Virus record (IMG/VR): IMGVR_UViG_3300046463_000164
Length of the DNA: 64,000 nucleotides
Strand: one strand, 5' to 3'
Origin: a virus
Below are positions 7,236 through 16,512 of this stretch, in pieces (position 1 is the first letter of the stretch; every line of letters begins with the position of its first letter). Under the pieces are notes generated by a model. That model had not been told where the DNA came from, made no database searches, and saw only the letters and a list, made by a program, of their open reading frames with translations. The position numbers and the translations under genes were made by a program.

Positions 7236-8453
7236 TAGTGTATATAATACTATAGTAGCGGAGCCTAGTACCAATGGTTCTACCCTATAGAAATTGACTA
7301 TGAACGGTGTAAATGTGATAGATCACTCAACTATCCCTAGGGGAGAATTGATATGGAAACACTATTGACTATCAACTTCAAGCCACGATAGGAATTGTCT
7401 ATGGATAGTCCTAGCCTATTACCACAACTTTCCGAGAGCCTACGGCAATGTACTATCGATCCCGCCTGCCAATAGTCTTTCCCTATCCATAGCCCTAGCC
7501 TATCCAGGGTACCAACTCCGATAGGAAATATCAATCGATCCAGCTATAGGGGAAATCTATTGACTCATATTAGCTCTAGGGAAAACCTATCAATTTTCCG
7601 AACCTGTGAATTCCGAAAAAGTAAAGACATTTCGAAAATATTTCAATATAACCGAAAGCCGTAGAAAACGCCGATCAAAATCTAGGCGTCTACGTGAGCC
7701 GCTACGGGCTTTCTAGGGTGGGTCTAAGCTAGGATGGCGTGAGCTTCGTAGAATCCTCATAGGCTGAGTTTGGTATTTCTAGCCCCGTATAGCCTCTAGG
7801 TTCACATTCTCTCGTCTATAGGCTATAGGGATAGCGCCGCTAGGCGAGAAAGCCCGTAGCGAGCCTATACGAAAGCCTAGACACATTATTAAGCGGGACT
7901 ATCGACTATGCATATCGATAGGTAAATTTATCTTTACTTTTATAGAATTGAGGGCATCGATGTGTAACCCTATAGAGCGGAAGGTTATTCGAAAGTCTAG
8001 TTACATTTCTCTATAGGGATAGGCAAGTCGATAGGAAAATACAATTAGACTTTCTTTGCTAGTCGTGATCGAGAGATAGGTTTGGGCTATGGGCTGGACG
8101 ATGGTGATAGGAAAATACAACTAGACGGAATGTGAAAAGTCGTATAGGGGAAATTGCGGGTTCCCGGCGGTGGTGGGGCGTAGCTCACACAGTCTTATAC
8201 AAAGTTGATTTCAAAAATTGTCCACACCACGGTATCCAGAAAAATATTGAGCCTGGGGGGGGTATTGTCAGAAAAATGTGAGGGTGGGGTATTGGAAATA
8301 AAAAATGTGGGGTGGTGGGCTAGATATGTTTCCAACTCTTTCTTGTCACTATGGCCCTAATGTTGGGTACGGTGACATTAAACCTTTTCGCCAAATCATT
8401 CTTATGGGTGCCTGCGGCAAACTCTTGCCTTATCTCTAAAACAATCTCCGCAG

Positions 8454-8660
8454 TCAGTTTCGACATCCCATGTCCTTCCCCTTTGCTTTGTCGTATATCT
8501 TCTGCTCATACTTGTGCTTTAGGATAGCGAGCTCAGTCTTGGCAGCCTTCTGATTCTCATACTTGTTATTCCTAGCAATCGTCACCGCATCGTTATACCG
8601 GTTCTCGGCCTCTAGGATTATTTGTTGACAAGCTTTTACCCGTTCGCTATTTGTACTCAT
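8454..8660 (-). CDS. hypothetical protein
   Basis: ORF track; last gene of the leftward run. Confidence 0.6.
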   Translation of the reverse strand: MSTNSERVKACQQIILEAENRYNDAVTIARNNKYENQKAAKTELAILKHKYEQKIYDKAKGKDMGCRN

Positions 8661-8661
8661 A

Positions 8662-8805
8662 TCAATCCTGATAGACTGGTTTTGCTTCTTGTAACTCTAG
8701 GGCAAGCTTGTATCCCATATAGGCATTATCCGCTGCGTCGAACCCGTATTGATATCCCTTATCCTTCAGCAGCTGCCAAAACTCATCAAACGATAATTCT
8801 TTCAT
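8662..8805 (-). CDS. 47-aa hypothetical protein (MKELSFDEFWQ...)
   Basis: manual translation; fills gap with GAGGG RBS. Confidence 0.55.
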   Translation of the reverse strand: MKELSFDEFWQLLKDKGYQYGFDAADNAYMGYKLALELQEAKPVYQD

Positions 8806-8811
8806 ATCCCT

Positions 8812-9327
8812 CTATCCTGTAAACAATGATTCAAATAACTCGTCCCTCAATCTAGTCCTCACCCGTCCCATTACTTGACCTAACAGGTTCAGACCCTTCC
8901 AATTCTTCGGGTCCGCTGCTTCAGGACACACGGTAATTCCGACTCCCCAAATGCTGTCGTAGGGAGAAGCCTCAACGAATATCTTATTGTCTGTCTTCAG
9001 CAACTGGTATCTGAGTTCATCGTTCTGCTTGAACTTCAGATAGACCGCATGCTCCATTATCTGTTCCCGGCCTTGCTCCCAGAAGAACTGATTGAAGTTT
9101 GCGATTGACTTCCGTCCATAAGCCTTAGCATCCCTAGGATCAATGAAGTTGGCGATGATATCCATCTCAGCCCTATTCCTATTGAAGTAATAGGCTTTCA
9201 GCGCGATGAACAATCCCTCGCTGTGGTGGAACTCGGTTCCGTCAAACATAATCCTACAAGGATGAAAATTGCTATAGATACTCTCCTTGCTAAAGAACAG
9301 AATCTTGTCATCTATCTCTAGTTGCAA
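8812..9327 (-). CDS. NADAR (YbiA-like) family ADP-ribosyl/N-glycosidase
   Basis: SNF, KF.QN..L...LL.T, VEASPYD.IWG.G and G.NLLG..M..VR motifs. Confidence 0.9.
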   Translation of the reverse strand: MQLEIDDKILFFSKESIYSNFHPCRIMFDGTEFHHSEGLFIALKAYYFNRNRAEMDIIANFIDPRDAKAYGRKSIANFNQFFWEQGREQIMEHAVYLKFKQNDELRYQLLKTDNKIFVEASPYDSIWGVGITVCPEAADPKNWKGLNLLGQVMGRVRTRLRDELFESLFTG

Positions 9328-9654
9328 CTATAGTTCCTCCCACTTCATTCTATCAACAGCCTTTTCCCAATCACTATAGATTGCGTCACCGTATAACTCA
9401 AAGAACCAGCAATAGCTAGTCGCAACCTGCACATAACTCCACAGAAACCAACCTTTCTTCTCTAGGTGATATTTGCCATCTTGTTTCCTGATGCGAAACT
9501 TCCTTGATGGACTATACATCGGCCATTCTGGTTCAGGCGGTTTTGGTGGCCAAGGATATGGCTTTCTAGGGCCGACAAAGGTGGGTCTCGCCTTCCTTGG
9601 CTTTCCTTCGATAATCTCGACCCTTCCATCCGGATATAGAATCTTTACGGGCAT
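9328..9654 (-). CDS. hypothetical Pro/Trp-rich protein
   Basis: ORF track, internal ATG. Confidence 0.6.
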   Translation of the reverse strand: MPVKILYPDGRVEIIEGKPRKARPTFVGPRKPYPWPPKPPEPEWPMYSPSRKFRIRKQDGKYHLEKKGWFLWSYVQVATSYCWFFELYGDAIYSDWEKAVDRMKWEEL

Positions 9655-9914
9655 AATGGGGCTGGCACTCCAAAGTCGTGATCGCTCCAAGGCTTATGGC
9701 ATACATCACATAAGTCATTCGGCGTATTGATCATAAATTCTAGATGGGCACGTTCGGTCTTACGCTCTGCCTCAATTTCGGCTAGCAGCGCTTCACGCTC
9801 ATTCTCTATAATCTCTAGGAGCAAATCAATTAGTTCCAGACTTGCCGCTCTAGCCTTCTGTATCTCAAGATCGTATTCAATCCGAGCCTTAAGCTTCAGC
9901 TTGTGCTTTCTCAT
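9645..9914 (-). CDS. hypothetical coiled-coil protein with C-terminal CxxC...H...C
   Basis: ORF track. Confidence 0.6.
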   Translation of the reverse strand: MRKHKLKLKARIEYDLEIQKARAASLELIDLLLEIIENEREALLAEIEAERKTERAHLEFMINTPNDLCDVCHKPWSDHDFGVPAPLCP

Positions 9915-10172
9915 TCATATACCCAATTCTCAAAATACTCGTCAACCATACGCGTAGAGCAACCGACAAAATTCATCAGTCGCTTTAGCAAACAACATCA
10001 TTCCGTGAATCTGCTTATACAGCTTTTTCTTGTGTTTCCGCATTCTTCCTTTCCTTATCACAAGCTTCAGTATGCAGTATCCAACAACTGCACTTCCAAG
10101 TATCCCCTCTTGAAGCTCTATCGGCTTCATTTTCCTGGCGATACCATTTGGCGTCATCCTCCATCCAGTTAA

Positions 10173-10370
10173 TCATTTCACATACCGCCGCCTGAGCAGT
10201 TCAATCCTACCGTAATGGAGCCTCACACAAGCTGCCCTGAGAGGTTTCAATAATTCTTCCTTCTCGGGTCCATTGGGCAGCTCTAGGATAGGATTGACCT
10301 CTTTTACAATCATACGCAGAATCTCATTGGATTCTTCCCACAATTCATCCCAGGTCATACTAAACCCCAT
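10173..10370 (-). CDS. hypothetical protein
   Basis: ORF track; tightly packed operon. Confidence 0.6.
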   Translation of the reverse strand: MGFSMTWDELWEESNEILRMIVKEVNPILELPNGPEKEELLKPLRAACVRLHYGRIELLRRRYVK

Positions 10371-10557
10371 TTAGACCAGGATTTGGATATTCAAATCCTT
10401 CAGTCTTGTTCATAGCATAGGCAATTTTGTGTGCGTCTAAAGAGTTGGAACTACGACAGACTTCACGACCTTGCCCTTCAAGGGATGTGTCAATGACTAG
10501 ATATTTCATCCCGAATAAAGAACTAATGACCATATACTTCACAGGAACTGCACTCAC
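10360..10557 (-). CDS. hypothetical protein
   Basis: ORF track; overlaps neighbours. Confidence 0.6.
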   Translation of the reverse strand: MSAVPVKYMVISSLFGMKYLVIDTSLEGQGREVCRSSNSLDAHKIAYAMNKTEGFEYPNPGLNGV

Positions 10558-10967
10558 ATTAACCTCGTCTTGATAAAGGTTTCAATAGCAGGAGAAAGCA
10601 GATACTCAGCAAAATGGTCAACAACATAGTTATCAACACGAAGTCCGCTGAGTCGATTTTGGACTCTTGTAATCCCTTCCCCCAAGGACATGAAATAGAC
10701 TTTACATCCATTTTTGAATACCATGTAATCCTTGTAGGTCTCTGACGCTTCCTCTTTCATTCCCAAACCATCAAGGATATGTTCCTTGAAGACTCTAGCA
10801 TTCTCAATCGCCTGAGTGAAGTTAGCCGAGAAGTGAACCAACTTACCATAAGGATGAAAGTCTGTATATTGGGCCAGTTGAACCAATCCAGCTATGGTCC
10901 TACCATCACCGCGACCGAATCGCTTGCCCTCAAGGACATCGTGTAACTTATCAATATCAATATGCAT
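10554..10967 (-). CDS. small protein resembling an isolated, degenerate terminase ATPase domain
   Basis: GRGDGRT, FKNGCKVYF and GLRVDNYVVDH parallel the gp17 motifs ARQMGKT, FDNGSIIF and GRSVDLCYIDE; start could be as far as 10991. Confidence 0.6.
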   Translation of the reverse strand: MHIDIDKLHDVLEGKRFGRGDGRTIAGLVQLAQYTDFHPYGKLVHFSANFTQAIENARVFKEHILDGLGMKEEASETYKDYMVFKNGCKVYFMSLGEGITRVQNRLSGLRVDNYVVDHFAEYLLSPAIETFIKTRLM

Positions 10968-11126
10968 TTGGTATCTCATGTGCTGTGACAACTCTGGCCA
11001 GTTCTTTTATGCTTTCATAATCAACAAATAACTTCTGGCCATTGTACGCAGCAATGCTGAACCCAACCCCTTGGTAATGTTCAGTCTTTTCAATGCCCAC
11101 ATCTTTTAAAATATCTTGATTGACTT

Positions 11127-11396
11127 CTACCATTCAAATAACCAATTTCTGTTTGCTAATTCATAGAGCACGTCTCCATGACACCTTTGAGGACTACACC
11201 AACAGCCTAGACGCTTACCTTCCAACTCAGGCAACGATGCCATTAGATCAGGTTGTTTTACCACCCATTCTCTGAACTTCCTGATCACATCGTCGCGGGT
11301 TCCATCTTTACCGATCTCAAATGGATTACCCCACTTACTTGGCCTGCCGATATAGACGTCATACTCATCGCGTTGACAATGAACAACTGACATCAA
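11127..11396 (-). CDS. DUF4326-domain protein
   Basis: VYIGRPSKWGNPF and LGCWC.P..CHGDVL motifs. Confidence 0.85.
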   Translation of the reverse strand: MMSVVHCQRDEYDVYIGRPSKWGNPFEIGKDGTRDDVIRKFREWVVKQPDLMASLPELEGKRLGCWCSPQRCHGDVLYELANRNWLFEW

Positions 11397-11513
11397 TCAT
11401 CTTCATATGTTGCATCAAAATACCCATCCTTCCAACAATGATATTCGTAGCTGTTGAAGGTATAGGGATTTTGAAGATGATACTTTCCGTCACGATAAGC
11501 CTTCTTGCCTTCT

Positions 11514-11843
11514 TCATACGGACTCATATTGCTTCCTCTTTTTAATAGCCAGTTCCAAAATCTTACAAGATACCCGCATACTATGTGAAGGAATATCGTT
11601 GTCTAGAACCACGCCATATTCGCTCAGCTTGTAGGTCTTACCATTGTAAGTGAACTCAATATTATCCTTCGACAGCTTTCCTTGCGCCACTCGCAGACGG
11701 AACGCATCCATGATTTGTTCCGATCCAACCCGGTAATAATGCGTTGAAACGCGAGCGCCGTTGACACATTGATTTACATAGTGTTCAATCTTGTTGTCTG
11801 GCACCACATCACCAAAATCCGGATCATACTTGATTACTAACAT
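11514..11843 (-). CDS. hypothetical protein
   Basis: ORF track with GAGGG RBS. Confidence 0.7.
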   Translation of the reverse strand: MLVIKYDPDFGDVVPDNKIEHYVNQCVNGARVSTHYYRVGSEQIMDAFRLRVAQGKLSKDNIEFTYNGKTYKLSEYGVVLDNDIPSHSMRVSCKILELAIKKRKQYESV

Positions 11844-12216
11844 TACAAAAATTCCCTCTTAACTCTATACCAACCTTCCGGTCGATTTGGGTCTTGACGC
11901 CATGTGACTATTACGCGATGACCCTCAAACGTTTCAGCATCGTTCCTCACTGGGACAAGACTACTGAAAAACAATACATCATTGAAGGCCAGCATTAGCT
12001 GTATGGCGTCAAACTCATTCACTTACGGCTCCACTTGAATCCAAATACAAGTTCTTGCATCTTGCGTTGGAACCAGTTAGGTTCTGATCCCTCATGAATA
12101 TTGATGTTCAATCCATTAATATTCACAGTCCAAGTATAACTGGTGGAATATATGTGAAATGCTCCGGTTAGCTTGCCTTTTGGATCAGACAAATACGGAG
12201 AAGTAGAATAGATGTC

Positions 12217-12429
12217 CTACTCCGACCCCTTATAATTGGAGATGGTAATAGAACCATCAGAGTTATTCTTGCAGACTTGGGTATCTGTACTAATCACTTC
12301 GGCGTTGTTGACTCCACCTTGCATCTGTCGATAGATGTCGCCGTCAGACGTACATCCTACTCGATAGTCACTGCACCCGGTCAGAATAGATAGCGCGATT
12401 AAACAGCTCAGCAATACTTTGCCCGACAT
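12217..12429 (-). CDS. putative lipoprotein
   Basis: signal peptide with LTGC lipobox. Confidence 0.65.
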   Translation of the reverse strand: MSGKVLLSCLIALSILTGCSDYRVGCTSDGDIYRQMQGGVNNAEVISTDTQVCKNNSDGSITISNYKGSE

Positions 12430-12715
12430 TTGTTCTATACTCCTTTCGTTGATCTCTCACATCTTGACAGATGCTCTCAAATTGATCCTTGCTACGGAAC
12501 ACTCTTTTGGCTTCCCGGATTTCCAGATGGTCTTCAATCCAGTTAGATACATGCAAGACATAATGAACGCCTAGTCCCAATGTCTCATCAGCCGGAATAA
12601 CCTTTAGAACAGTCACCTCAAATGGCTTCTCGTTGACCGTTACAGTATTGGCGATCCAAACGCGTTCACCCACATTGAAGATATTATCGTCGTTGTTATA
12701 AACCCACATCACCAA
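12368..12715 (-). CDS. hypothetical protein
   Basis: ORF track. Confidence 0.65.
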   Translation of the reverse strand: MVMWVYNNDDNIFNVGERVWIANTVTVNEKPFEVTVLKVIPADETLGLGVHYVLHVSNWIEDHLEIREAKRVFRSKDQFESICQDVRDQRKEYRTNVGQSIAELFNRAIYSDRVQ

Positions 12716-13092
12716 ATACCTGATAGAACGTTAATGATTTCTTTTTGGTTAGCTAGTACAGCATTTGCTACTTCTTCGCCAATCAATCTTTGAAGTTTAA
12801 CCTTCACCACATAGTCATATGCTTCTCCGCGCGTGGGGAACTTTTCAGAACCCACCGCATAATACTCATGGTGGGAGATTTTGAGATCTACCTTCTCTAG
12901 GCTTGATTGAGGAAACCCATACCCAACAGTCTCCCTTTCATCAAAATATACGCCGCATTTTTCGTCAACCTTAGCCACAGTAAATTCCTTACCAATTGCT
13001 TTGTCCATAACATGGGTCCAACCGTTTTCCCAACCATCTTCTTTTGGAACCTTTTTTACAACCTTTACTTTATCGCCTTTGTTGAATGTCAT
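12709..13092 (-). CDS. hypothetical protein with KOW/SH3-like N-terminus
   Basis: FNKGDKVKVV..W...MD; similar to 18259-18690. Confidence 0.7.
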   Translation of the reverse strand: MTFNKGDKVKVVKKVPKEDGWENGWTHVMDKAIGKEFTVAKVDEKCGVYFDERETVGYGFPQSSLEKVDLKISHHEYYAVGSEKFPTRGEAYDYVVKVKLQRLIGEEVANAVLANQKEIINVLSGIW

Positions 13093-13136
13093 CTCAAAAT
13101 CCTTAGAAAATAAGGCGGCTCAAGGCCGCCGTTTCA

Positions 13137-13679
13137 TTACTTGGTAGGTTGAACAACCGTCGCTTCTACCGGGGCAGCAAGCGTGTCGCCAACTGTGGTC
13201 GCAATCACAACCGGAGCAGCTTCAGCTTGATTAGATTCATGCGCAGCAATTTGAGCCGCACGCGCCGTATCGAAAACTGATTTGGCCAGCTTACCATCGA
13301 ACAAACCAGCATAGAACGACTTAAGATGTGCCATGAAATCCTTCAACGCAGCCGGTTCCAGCGCATTGAAAATCGAATGGAGTTGATCTTCGCTCAGTTG
13401 CTGGGGCAACAGAGACTCCAGAATTGCCTTTTCGCGTTCCTTCAGAGCAGCAACATCAGCTGCGATCGCGTTCTTTGCGTAGATTTCCAGAGTTTCAACC
13501 ACGCCCTTCAGATGCTTCTTGACCACAGATACAACCGATGTATCATCGGGAGTCGTGCCAGCCGCCGAACCGACCGGATTGGTGTCCGAGAACACGTTGG
13601 TCAGAACGCTGTGAAGAAACTTGTCGCCTTCCTTGAAGGCTTGGTCGCGCAAATCTTTAATCTTATTAAACAGTTCCAT
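13137..13679 (-). CDS. GatB/YqeY-domain protein
   Basis: A.K..DK, E..ILE.LLP.QLSE and DGK motifs. Confidence 0.75.
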   Translation of the reverse strand: MELFNKIKDLRDQAFKEGDKFLHSVLTNVFSDTNPVGSAAGTTPDDTSVVSVVKKHLKGVVETLEIYAKNAIAADVAALKEREKAILESLLPQQLSEDQLHSIFNALEPAALKDFMAHLKSFYAGLFDGKLAKSVFDTARAAQIAAHESNQAEAAPVVIATTVGDTLAAPVEATVVQPTK

Positions 13680-13712
13680 AATTTTCCTTAGTTTTCGGGT
13701 TTACATACTAAT

Positions 13713-13741
13713 ATTATACCGTATGGGGTATGTGTAGTAAA
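13713..13741 (-). promoter_or_regulatory. sigma70-like promoter TTTACT-17-TATAAT
   Basis: same motif (16-17 bp spacer) at 18730-18758, 25092-25120, 58305-58332 and about 60296-60324; TAGACT variant at 15675-15703. Confidence 0.8.
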
Positions 13742-13745
13742 GTAG

Positions 13746-14282
13746 TTAAGCTGAAATGTCTTTCTGAATCATAGATTTAATATGATCCATCATCACTTGA
13801 GGTGCAGTATCGTCCGCTACAATAGTGGTGTAAGGAATTCCATACTCATTGAGCATTTGTTGAATTTCTCCATCCAGAGCCTTAGCTTGAGCTTCAGTTT
13901 GGTCTCTGCCAATCGGAACATATTTCTTTGTCCGCGTCAGATAGAAATTCACATTATTATACTGATCGTGGACATCCAATACCATCTTATCGAAGTTATT
14001 GATGTAGAAATTAGGACCGGCGTAGATGATGCTATTTAGCAATGCACCATCGGTAATCGCAAAATCTACAGTTCTGACCAGACGACGCAGGCGCTTGTTC
14101 TGATTGGCAAGAACCGTCAACTGGTCTGCCCTATCTCTGAAGCGTTCTTCGTAAGTGAGGTCTTTAGCATATTCTTGCACGAGCTCACAATTAAAATAAT
14201 TCCGCTTCATCAATGAAAACAGCCCAGCCGCGTTTGTGGATTTACCGGCACCCGGACCAGCGAATAGGTTGATGACGATCAA
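13746..14282 (-). CDS. NadR-like P-loop kinase/ATPase (AAA_28-type)
   Basis: GPGAGKST Walker A, EYAK, ITD..LL, GR.Q...A. Confidence 0.75.
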   Translation of the reverse strand: MIVINLFAGPGAGKSTNAAGLFSLMKRNYFNCELVQEYAKDLTYEERFRDRADQLTVLANQNKRLRRLVRTVDFAITDGALLNSIIYAGPNFYINNFDKMVLDVHDQYNNVNFYLTRTKKYVPIGRDQTEAQAKALDGEIQQMLNEYGIPYTTIVADDTAPQVMMDHIKSMIQKDISA

Positions 14283-14689
14283 GCTTTAGTCTCCGTGATG
14301 TCCCATTTCTTAACAACCCAGTTTGGGTTGCCACCAACTTGCTTGCGCCGCGCTTCTGCCTTGCCTTTACTCAGATAAACTTGAGGCGCAGATGACGGAC
14401 TGCGAGCAGGAGACCAATATTCGCCAGTCATTTCGTTCTTGATGACCCAATAAGCTAGTTCCTTAACTTCCTTCAGGGTTACTTCAACCTTCGGAACATA
14501 GACTTGAGTTTGAGTCATCGTCTTGGTGTCAAAATATGACACCAGATACTCAGAAGGTTCTTCAGCGAGGATCACGCAATGTTGATCGGCTGTATCAGTA
14601 TGAGTCTGGCCGTTACGATAGTTGTATGAAACTTCACGCTTAAACGTTCCGCGACCAATAATGGCGCCAATATTTTCAATCACTTCCAC
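14279..14689 (-). CDS. hypothetical protein
   Basis: ORF track. Confidence 0.7.
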   Translation of the reverse strand: MEVIENIGAIIGRGTFKREVSYNYRNGQTHTDTADQHCVILAEEPSEYLVSYFDTKTMTQTQVYVPKVEVTLKEVKELAYWVIKNEMTGEYWSPARSPSSAPQVYLSKGKAEARRKQVGGNPNWVVKKWDITETKA

Positions 14690-14882
14690 GATTATTGAAA
14701 TCCTGTTCTAGGTTAAACTGCTCATTCATAGCCTCAACCAACTTTGAATTGATGACCTCCAGAATTAACGACACCAATTCTTCTGCCGCGTTGTATACAT
14801 ACGGCTTTAGATCAGTTTGACCTTCTTTGATGGTGAATCCATTCTTCAGAAAGACTTCACGAATTTGATCTTTTGTAATCAT
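14676..14882 (-). CDS. hypothetical protein
   Basis: ORF track; coupled. Confidence 0.65.
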   Translation of the reverse strand: MITKDQIREVFLKNGFTIKEGQTDLKPYVYNAAEELVSLILEVINSKLVEAMNEQFNLEQDFNNRGSD

Positions 14883-15175
14883 TAGCAGGTAATAATGGTC
14901 CGAGTGGGGTCATAACCAGGGAATACCCAGTCAGGATATGTTTGCGGAGTCTTAAATGGGTCAATATACGGCGGGTATTGATATGGAGTTGATGGCATTT
15001 GCGGCGCTACATCAATTTTATCCGTTGTTGATGGAGTTAGTACGGGCGTAACCTTCTTGAATACTAGATTCAGATGCTCCTTGATAGACTTCCATTGAGC
15101 TGAAGTCGGTGGAGCATCATTTCCGGTCAACTCAACGAAGCCGTTAAGCCAATATGCAAATTCTTGTGCGTTCAT
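14882..15175 (-). CDS. hypothetical protein (F.YWLNGFVE N-terminus, Pro-rich tail)
   Basis: ORF track. Confidence 0.7.
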   Translation of the reverse strand: MNAQEFAYWLNGFVELTGNDAPPTSAQWKSIKEHLNLVFKKVTPVLTPSTTDKIDVAPQMPSTPYQYPPYIDPFKTPQTYPDWVFPGYDPTRTIITC

Positions 15176-15176
15176 A

Positions 15177-15377
15177 TTAATTCTGTAAAATTCTATTCAC
15201 GTGATAGCGATTATCCACTAGATGACCAACCAGGTCCAACAAGTCAACTTCTGAGCCAGACTTGAACTTTTCTTCGATCAACGCAAGCAGTTCGATCTTG
15301 CGAAGATGATATTGAGCTGCCGCTAGAGTTTTGAACTCCAGTCCTTCAACCTTATATGAGGTTTCAATTTTAGTCAC
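15177..15377 (-). CDS. hypothetical protein
   Basis: GTG start after GGAA; ORF track frame. Confidence 0.55.
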   Translation of the reverse strand: MTKIETSYKVEGLEFKTLAAAQYHLRKIELLALIEEKFKSGSEVDLLDLVGHLVDNRYHVNRILQN

Positions 15378-15642
15378 GGTTCTTTTCCTTGAAGACCTTG
15401 ATGTTATCAAGATCGCTAATGAGATTAGAGGCATCTTGCCAGACGATACTACATACCACAAATGTGTTATATACAGGGATTAAACTCAACAAAAATCCCT
15501 TCACGATGTGACCATAGGTCAATCTGTTCTTCAGCGGAGTTTTATCCCATTTGGACACCAACGCCATATTAACGGGCAACAGAATTGCACAGAATATAGC
15601 GCTCACAAAATAGATGAGTTCATAATAAATCAGATCACCCAT
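15370..15642 (-). CDS. hypothetical membrane protein (2 TM)
   Basis: two hydrophobic segments; GAGG RBS. Confidence 0.65.
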   Translation of the reverse strand: MGDLIYYELIYFVSAIFCAILLPVNMALVSKWDKTPLKNRLTYGHIVKGFLLSLIPVYNTFVVCSIVWQDASNLISDLDNIKVFKEKNRD

Positions 15643-15705
15643 ATTTTCCTCTTAAAATGTAAAAGCATCCATAGATTATACTATGGATGCCGACAAAAGT
15701 CTATC

Positions 15706-16146
15706 TCAAAGTGCTGATTTCAGCTCAGCATACATATAATTATACTTCTGAAGACGCTTAAAATCCTTGTCTGTTAGACCTTTCAGACGGCGAATATCAG
15801 AGTTGTGCTCCAAATCACACAGCTTAACCCGGATGGAATCTGGCGAAGATTTGACGCGATCCATATATTCATCATTAGTTTCACCTGGAACCTTTGTGAG
15901 ATTCTTGATACCTTGGATAACTCGGTCAGAGATACCCATTTCCTTGAGTTCCACAAACGTGGTAGACGTATCTTCAATCAGATCGTGTCCGATAGCAATA
16001 CAATTCAACTCTTCATCCTCGCTGTGAAGTTTGTTCATTACCGCAAGGACGTGTAGAATATACGGCTTGCCTGACTTGTCGTATTGGCCTGCGTGGCGAG
16101 TGACCGCCAAAACAAGCATCGCATTCAGCATTTCACCCGGTTTCAT
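15706..16146 (-). CDS. SpoT/Mesh1-like HD-domain hydrolase
   Basis: H.GQ....G.PYI.H, HDLIEDT, LTK and VKLCD..HN motifs. Confidence 0.85.
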   Translation of the reverse strand: MKPGEMLNAMLVLAVTRHAGQYDKSGKPYILHVLAVMNKLHSEDEELNCIAIGHDLIEDTSTTFVELKEMGISDRVIQGIKNLTKVPGETNDEYMDRVKSSPDSIRVKLCDLEHNSDIRRLKGLTDKDFKRLQKYNYMYAELKSAL

Positions 16147-16155
16147 AGACGCCTC

Positions 16156-16509
16156 TTACAGTTGAGCTTCAATAAGGTTGGCCAAGGTCTTGAACGTCAG
16201 ACCTTCATCATCGTTCAGACTCATGAGGCTGGTTTCATATCCTTTGTGCACAACACAAGGATTGGTATTATATCTTCCCAACCCGGCCCATTCTGCTACT
16301 TCCATTGGAATAATGGTTGACTCTCCCATATACTCGTTCATCTTCGGTTGGGCTGCTGCGATCTCAGGGTGGTGCTTTGCGTGAACGTTACACAAAGCCC
16401 CCAGAACGCACATACGATTCTTGCCTTGACGCAAAGCATATTTGTTCTTGATGATCTTACCGCTGCGCAGATCAGCAACCCATTCCTTCTTAATTTCTTG
16501 ATTCATCAT
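16156..16509 (-). CDS. hypothetical phage protein
   Basis: WVA.LRSG, CVLG.LC and LND....F..IA..IE pattern. Confidence 0.7.
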   Translation of the reverse strand: MMNQEIKKEWVADLRSGKIIKNKYALRQGKNRMCVLGALCNVHAKHHPEIAAAQPKMNEYMGESTIIPMEVAEWAGLGRYNTNPCVVHKGYETSLMSLNDDEGLTFKTLANLIEAQL

Positions 16510-16512
16510 GAT

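Noticed and set aside
7337-7534. 65-aa ORF in the boundary region
   Set aside because: No RBS; it consists of operator-like repeats.
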